64,000 nt of DNA from Chiloscyllium plagiosum (Eukaryota), in assembly GCF_004010195.1 (NCBI RefSeq), contig NC_057716.1, positions 19,011,429 through 19,075,428 of the forward strand. Reading direction: 5' to 3'. The position numbers and the translations under genes were made by a program. Positions within the stretch are counted from its first letter, which is position 1, and each line of letters opens with the position of its first letter. The notes under the pieces were generated by a model. The model searched no databases. It saw nothing but the letters and a program-made list of their open reading frames with translations, and was not told the DNA's origin. Below, one piece after another: positions 63,572 through 64,000 of the stretch.

Positions 63572-64000
63572 TATTCAGTCCTGAAAAAACTGACTAGGAT
63601 GAAAATGCCAGAATAAGTCTTGTGCAGTATATCTTTAAAGACTTAATGGTAGATACAAATTGTAGCAGTCAATATTAGATAATTTTGGTAATTTGTTGTA
63701 ACATGGCAACTGCTTAAAGTTGATTCTAATTACTTTTGTAAAACTTCGGGTAGCATGGAACCTCCTTTCTAACATATCTGGGGGGGGGGGGGGGGAATAA
63801 CACCTGATGTAATCACCTGAGGCTGGTTAATTGGAACTGAATGGTGCAGTAATGTGAAATCTCTATTGCCCCTTCCAAATTCTCTCAAATCTTTTTGTTA
63901 ATGGACATTTGAGTTTCTGCCAACTCATTAAGGTGCTCTAGTGTGAAATAAATCTATGCATCGCACGTGGGTGTAGATGTTACCCTACATCATCCTATAC

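Noticed and set aside
63781-63795. G15 run as a functional G-quadruplex
   Set aside because: It is an isolated homopolymer with no supporting context and may be length-inaccurate.
1-64000. CRISPR array, prokaryotic operon or intact host CDS
   Set aside because: No regularly spaced repeat-spacer array. The sequence is vertebrate, and all recognisable peptides are retroelement-derived.

Overview
This is AT-rich vertebrate DNA whose repeat content (HE1-type V-SINEs, CR1/HER1-type LINEs, DeuSINE relics) points to a cartilaginous fish (shark or ray). I could not identify any host protein-coding exon. The window looks like a long intron, possibly of a + strand gene with a few candidate non-coding exons. 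It is densely filled with decayed retroelements: CR1, L1, RTE, Rex1/Babar, SINEs and many Penelope-like elements (PLEs). The dominant unexplained structure is a set of 15 or more PLE-derived fold-back (inverted-repeat) insertions or fragments from at least five sequence families. Each family carries its own variant of a minimal type-I hammerhead ribozyme (CUGANGA, helix II, GAAA, a 4-nt palindrome, NUH) near its end. Many insertions have 12-18 bp target-site duplications (TSDs), asymmetric arms, and junctions that fall in or next to the ribozyme core. A decayed near-full-length Neptune-type PLE (RT + GIY-YIG) at about 51.0-54.5 kb shares termini with the commonest small hairpin family. Coordinates were read by eye and may be off by a few bases, more for old repeats. 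Family labels A-E are my own.
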